A stretch of DNA of 64,000 nt, from positions 1,223,923-1,287,922 of the forward strand of contig CM119264.1 in NCBI GenBank assembly GCA_051294375.1. The letters are read 5' to 3'. The notes below the pieces were generated by a model, which saw only the letters and a program-made list of their open reading frames with translations, ran no database searches and was not told where the DNA came from. This stretch comes from Paraspadella gotoi. Its lineage: Eukaryota > Animalia > Chaetognatha. Every line of letters starts with the position of its first letter. Position 1 is the first letter of the stretch. The position numbers and the translations under genes were made by a program. Below are positions 59,351 through 64,000 of the stretch, in pieces.

Positions 59351-61031
59351 CGAGGGGGCGACGAAGTCCAGAGCAAAATTCCGTCGGATGAAAAGTTCGA
59401 AAAGTGATGGAGATTTCGTTGGAGATTTCCGTTTGTTCGCTGAAGGGGGAAACGGAAAATTGAATTAAATTAAATTAAATTAGTCAATTAACCAGTATTA
59501 ATCATTAAAACTAAATCGGAATAAGGCGGAATATAAATAGACTTGGATGAAAAAAGAGCGAGAGGGACGGACGGACAAACAGACATACAGATCGATTATT
59601 AAGAAACTACTTAAGACAGACAACAACAAAAAAAAAAAAAACACTCAATGTCAACGACGTACGAACTGGTCATCATTAAAAAAAACACACACAAATCAGT
59701 TTTAGATAAATAATAATAGTAATTTAACTAATTGATAAGATTATTTTTGTGAAATTCACCTTTTCTTTATTCGATTGAAGTAACCGACTCTCGTTTTTCC
59801 GTCAAACTTCAAGGATCGAGTGTTGTTGTTGTTGTTGTTGTCGTTGTTTTTGTTGTCGTTGTCGTCGACGTCGTCGTTCTCAAAATGATGACGCGGCGTC
59901 CGCGAAATTCTCACGCCCGATTTCTCCGCCAACGTCTCTTGGTGTCGGAGTCCCGATATGACCAAAGGGGGCGTCATTTGACGCGCGGTGATCGAAGGGA
60001 CGCCGATAGATGGAGCGGCGTCGATGGAAGAGACGCCGGCGCCGCCGCCGCCGCCGCCGGCGCCTCGCTCGTCCCTGACTTTGGTACAAGTTCGACCGGA
60101 GAAGGGGGGGAGACACTTGCAGTCGAACTTTGATAGAAGTGGAATACAGGCGCCGCCGTTGTGGCAGGGATCGGGTTGGCAGGGAGCGCCTGGTGAAAAG
60201 AAAAGATAACAAATTATTGAAATTGGTACAATCAATAGAACAATTATCCATTCATTTTATAAATAAGCTCTCGTGCCCCTGACTTTGGACAGGCTTTGGT
60301 GGTTTAAGGCCTCCATCACTCTTAAAAGATTAATTAGATAGCAGGTCCCTGCAAGCTTTCAATCAAGTCTCGTTTATTTACTCCCAGAGTACCTGGCCTT
60401 TCTATCAATGAAGTGGTATACTATTTCAAAGAATGTTTGAATTGTTTATAGGACCACACCCTTGAGATAATTCCAGATAGATTTGTGCAAATTTTTAATC
60501 ATAACATTAATTTCGCTTTTTTCTCTTTTGTCTTTTGTTCGTAATAACTTCTAGTGAAAGGTTTGATTTATAAAAGCAACTACTTTCGCTCTCTGGCGAG
60601 TAAAAAAGTTTAGAATTTCATCTCGTCAACAAAGGAACATCGTTTATGTAAATTGGTGGGCGGATCGTTGAGATAAAAAAAAAAACTAGAAACATTTTTT
60701 GACAGTGAATCGATTTTAACTTCGGCGAAGGTGATACGCCCCCTTTATTTTAAAATATTTTCAATGTTATTCCGTTTAAAAAATATAATAAATGTTTTGC
60801 TGTAGGTATAGATAAAAAAACATTATGACCCAAACTAATTTTTTTTTACAGCCAATCGAAAAATCTTCCCGATAAAAAAAAAATCGGACTTTGAAGCGAA
60901 AAAGAAGATTAAAACAGAAACTTGGTTTTTTCGAAGTCACCGACGTAAACATTCGGAGGTTCGAGTTTTTTTGGGTAATTTTTGTTTCGTTGAAAGAAAA
61001 ACGAAAGAAAAACGAAACTAATGAACAGACA

Positions 61032-61109
<78 letters not shown>

Positions 61110-61683
61110 TTCGGCGTTTGTAAATTCAACCACAACAATGAATTTCTCATTTCGTAGCAGGAAACATTTTTATTTTGTTTTCATTTAAATCCTCTTGAGA
61201 TACATATATATTATATTATATTTTATTATTAAGTTTAAATATTTTCTGGTTGATCAAAATATTAAACCATTGATGTTTAAACGAGTTTCCAGCTCTATAA
61301 TTAACTTTGTCGGTGCGTCGGTCCTACCTCATAATCTTGTTAATAAGTCACTTAGATCATGTCAGATCATCAAATTATAATAAAATTTGGGGAAAAAATG
61401 TCTGTCTGTCCGTCCGTCCGTCGGTCCGTCCATCTGTTTAATGTAAAAAAAATAAAATCATGTTTTACTATCGAATTTTAGCTTCTTTTTTTTTTTTTAG
61501 ACAGAAGCAATGAAATGTTGAAAAAACTCTTATTTATAAATATTGATAATTAATTGTATGGAATAAAAAAGATTGCACAGAAGCTAACATCTGTTTAGAT
61601 GCTTATCGCTTAATTATTATGGGCAGATCCAGCATTGTTTTGCATTGTTTTGCTCAAACTTGTTTGCCGTAAATATATATACA

Positions 61684-61772
<89 letters not shown>

Positions 61773-63491
61773 GCGCAGAGAAAGTAAACCAAACTCTTCC
61801 CAATGATTCGCTTCATCTTAATTCAAAATCGCGCGGGAAAAACTCGTTTGGCAAAATGGTACGACAATTTTGAAGATGACGAGAAACAAAAGTTGATTGA
61901 GGAGGTGCACGCCACAGTTACGGTCAGGTGCGTTTGACAGATGCCCTGTAAATCTTTCCCATGACTCTTTAAATCTTTCCAATTAACTCCTAAATCATTC
62001 ATAAAAATCTAAATCCTTCCGGATCTCATTTAAATCTTTAAAATGGTCTTCTAAATCTTTCCCATCACCCTCTAAATCTTTCCAATTACCGCCTAAATCT
62101 TTCCAATCGTCAGAGACGCTAAACACACCAATTTCGTGGAATTTCGCGACTACAAAATCATTTATCGTCGCTATGCTGGACTTTACTTCTGCATCTGCGT
62201 TGACATGGCGGACAACAGTTTGGCATATCTAGAGGTGAGGAAGGCAAGAGAGGAGAGAGAGGAGAAGAAAGAGAGGAAGGGAACGGAAGAAAAGAGAGGA
62301 GAGAGAGAGGAGAAGAAAGAGAGGAAAGGAACGGAGAAAAAGAGAGAAGAGAGAGAGGAGAAGAAAGAGAGGAAAGGAACGGAGAAAAAGAGAGGAGAGA
62401 GAGAGGAGAAGAAAGAGAGGAAAGGAACGGAGGAAAAGAGAGGAGAGAACTCAGGAAAGAAAATAAGAGTGTTAGACAAGAGGCCAAACATTTTAATAAT
62501 TATTTATGAAAATTTGTTTCACTATTTTAGGTTTTAGATTTTAAAATATCATTTACAAATATACATTACTTATATTTATTTTATATTTATATATATTTTA
62601 ATTTTGGTTTTTGATAATCTAAATTTGAAAACTTTCCACTTTAGCACACTGGCCGTCTAAAGTCTTGTTCTTTTCTCTTACACACTTAACTTTTCTTTTA
62701 TTTCTTTTTCAGTCTAAAGCCTCTTTCTTATTTTCTACCCACAACCAATGCTTTTTATCTTTCTTTTACCCACAGGCCATCCACAACTTTGTGGAAGTTC
62801 TCAACGAATATTTCCACAATGTCTGCGAATTGGATTTAGTTTTCAACTTCTACAAAGTCTACATCGTTGTGGATGAGATGTTCCTCGCTGGAGAAATTAG
62901 GGAAACGAGTCAAACTAGAGTTTTGAAACATCTGGTCACCGTGTCAGAGCTGGAGTGAGTGGCTGGAGTGAGTGGATGAGTGGCTGGAGTAAGTGTCGCG
63001 AGGGCTGGAGTGAAACTGTTATGATCACGCCAAAGATGCAGCTACTTTTACCAACACCGAGTGCTTCTTCCCCAAAGACTAATTGTTATTAACGGCTGAC
63101 ATAAAGCATCGTTACATATCCTTTATTGATACTTTGTTTATACATGTTTTCCTGTATTAATATATATTGACAAACATAAGATTCGTTTCTTTCTTCCAAA
63201 ATATATGTTCAAAGAAAATAGTTACTGGACACATTGTATACTTACTATACAATGTATTTGGTGTATATTTAAATAAATATTATTTTCAGACCTACTCCCG
63301 CCCCACCCACACACAAAAAAAAACTCACCGTAGTATTCGTCAACGTTGATCATGTCGGTGACTCCCTCTCTAACGTCTTCGATCGCCAATCCGTTGACGA
63401 TCAACTTCTGAACGGCGCCCTCGAATCCGCGGACGACCAAAGACTCGGCAGCCGTGGAGGCGTAGTCGCGGACGCCGCCGATGTAGAACGG
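57202..63491 (-). CDS. AGRN: Agrin, C-terminal exons (end of LG2, EGF, LG3); 5' part beyond window
   Basis: Exons 63491-63329 ([19 protein letters not shown]), 60189-59760 ([33 protein letters not shown]...[13 protein letters not shown]), 59439-~59054 ([25 protein letters not shown]), ~58695-58594 (RVDDGEF..ATLQ), ~57972-57885 ([14 protein letters not shown]) and 57416-57202 (GCVLSL..DLTLDA..LQFCDNV*). The order and motifs match the agrin tail. LG3 exons contain a few apparent indel errors. Confidence 0.82.
61803..62958 (+). CDS. AP2S1: AP-2 complex subunit sigma, 142 aa, nested in an agrin intron
   Basis: Exons 61803-61927, 62114-62234 and 62776-62958: [20 protein letters not shown]...[22 protein letters not shown]...[43 protein letters not shown]. 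Confidence 0.97.
62247..62448 (+). repeat. 48-bp purine-rich minisatellite (~4 copies) after an AP2S1 donor; TAAATCTTTCC-type repeats fill intron 1 (61949-62105)
   Basis: Directly visible. Confidence 0.88.
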
Positions 63492-64000
63492 CTGGAGTAA
63501 AAGGGGGGGGTGATGGAAAGATTTAGGGGATTTAAAGTTTTGGGGAAGGATTTGGAGAAGGATTTTGAAAAAAAGGTTGAGGCAGGATTTGGTGAAGAAT
63601 ATAGGGAAGGATTTAAATTTGGGGAAATGTTCAGAGGGATTTTAGAGAAATTAGTGAATTATGGCGCAGACCCTCGGCTTTGTAATTTGGATTATAACAG
63701 AAATAAATTAGTTATGTCATCAAGCCAGGCCTCTCACCTGCCCAAGATTCAACTTGCAAATTTGATATAAAATATAAACAGAAAAAATAATAAATTATTT
63801 ACTGATCATTCGAGCCAGGTCCTCTAAACACCTGCCAAAGATTCAAACTAATCTGGTCAAAAGCCAGAAGCCCTAATTCTCACTTCTGTGCCAACCCAAG
63901 ATTCAACTCACCGTAAATCGCTGCCCAAAGGTTTCAACATCTCACACAATACTGCCCAAGCATCAACATCTGTCATCGAACCATGCGGGCCTTCTCATTA

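Noticed and set aside
58590-59400. Frameshifts in agrin LG3 as programmed recoding or pseudogenisation
   Set aside because: They cluster in low-complexity sequence, and the flanking exons are intact, so sequencing error is more likely.

Overview
AT-rich, intron-rich animal (invertebrate-like) genomic DNA, so most entries in the ORF track are low-complexity noise. I rebuilt the genes by hand from GT-AG exons. From left to right: the 3' part of a PCTAIRE kinase (CDK16/17/18, +) converging on TMEM263 (-), with this block present twice (398-8393 and 8419-16154) on either side of a 25-N gap, most likely as two haplotypes; a single-exon GT10 alpha-1,3-fucosyltransferase (-); an 18-exon secreted protein (-) with a catalytically dead trypsin domain, an intact trypsin domain and an unrecognised Cys-containing C-terminal domain; a hairy/E(spl) bHLH-Orange-WRPW gene (-) with paired CSL/Su(H) sites upstream; and the 3' end of agrin (-) with AP2S1 (+) nested in one intron. 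The non-coding DNA holds tRNA-derived SINEs, MITEs/foldbacks, Helentron-like short elements, a decayed Sola-like transposase and solo LTRs that contain a CCA-tailed tRNA-Leu complement. The most striking pattern is that minisatellites repeatedly begin exactly at splice sites and multiply them, including a 45-bp in-frame array of alternative 5' splice donors. All homology calls come from motif recognition; no searches were run.
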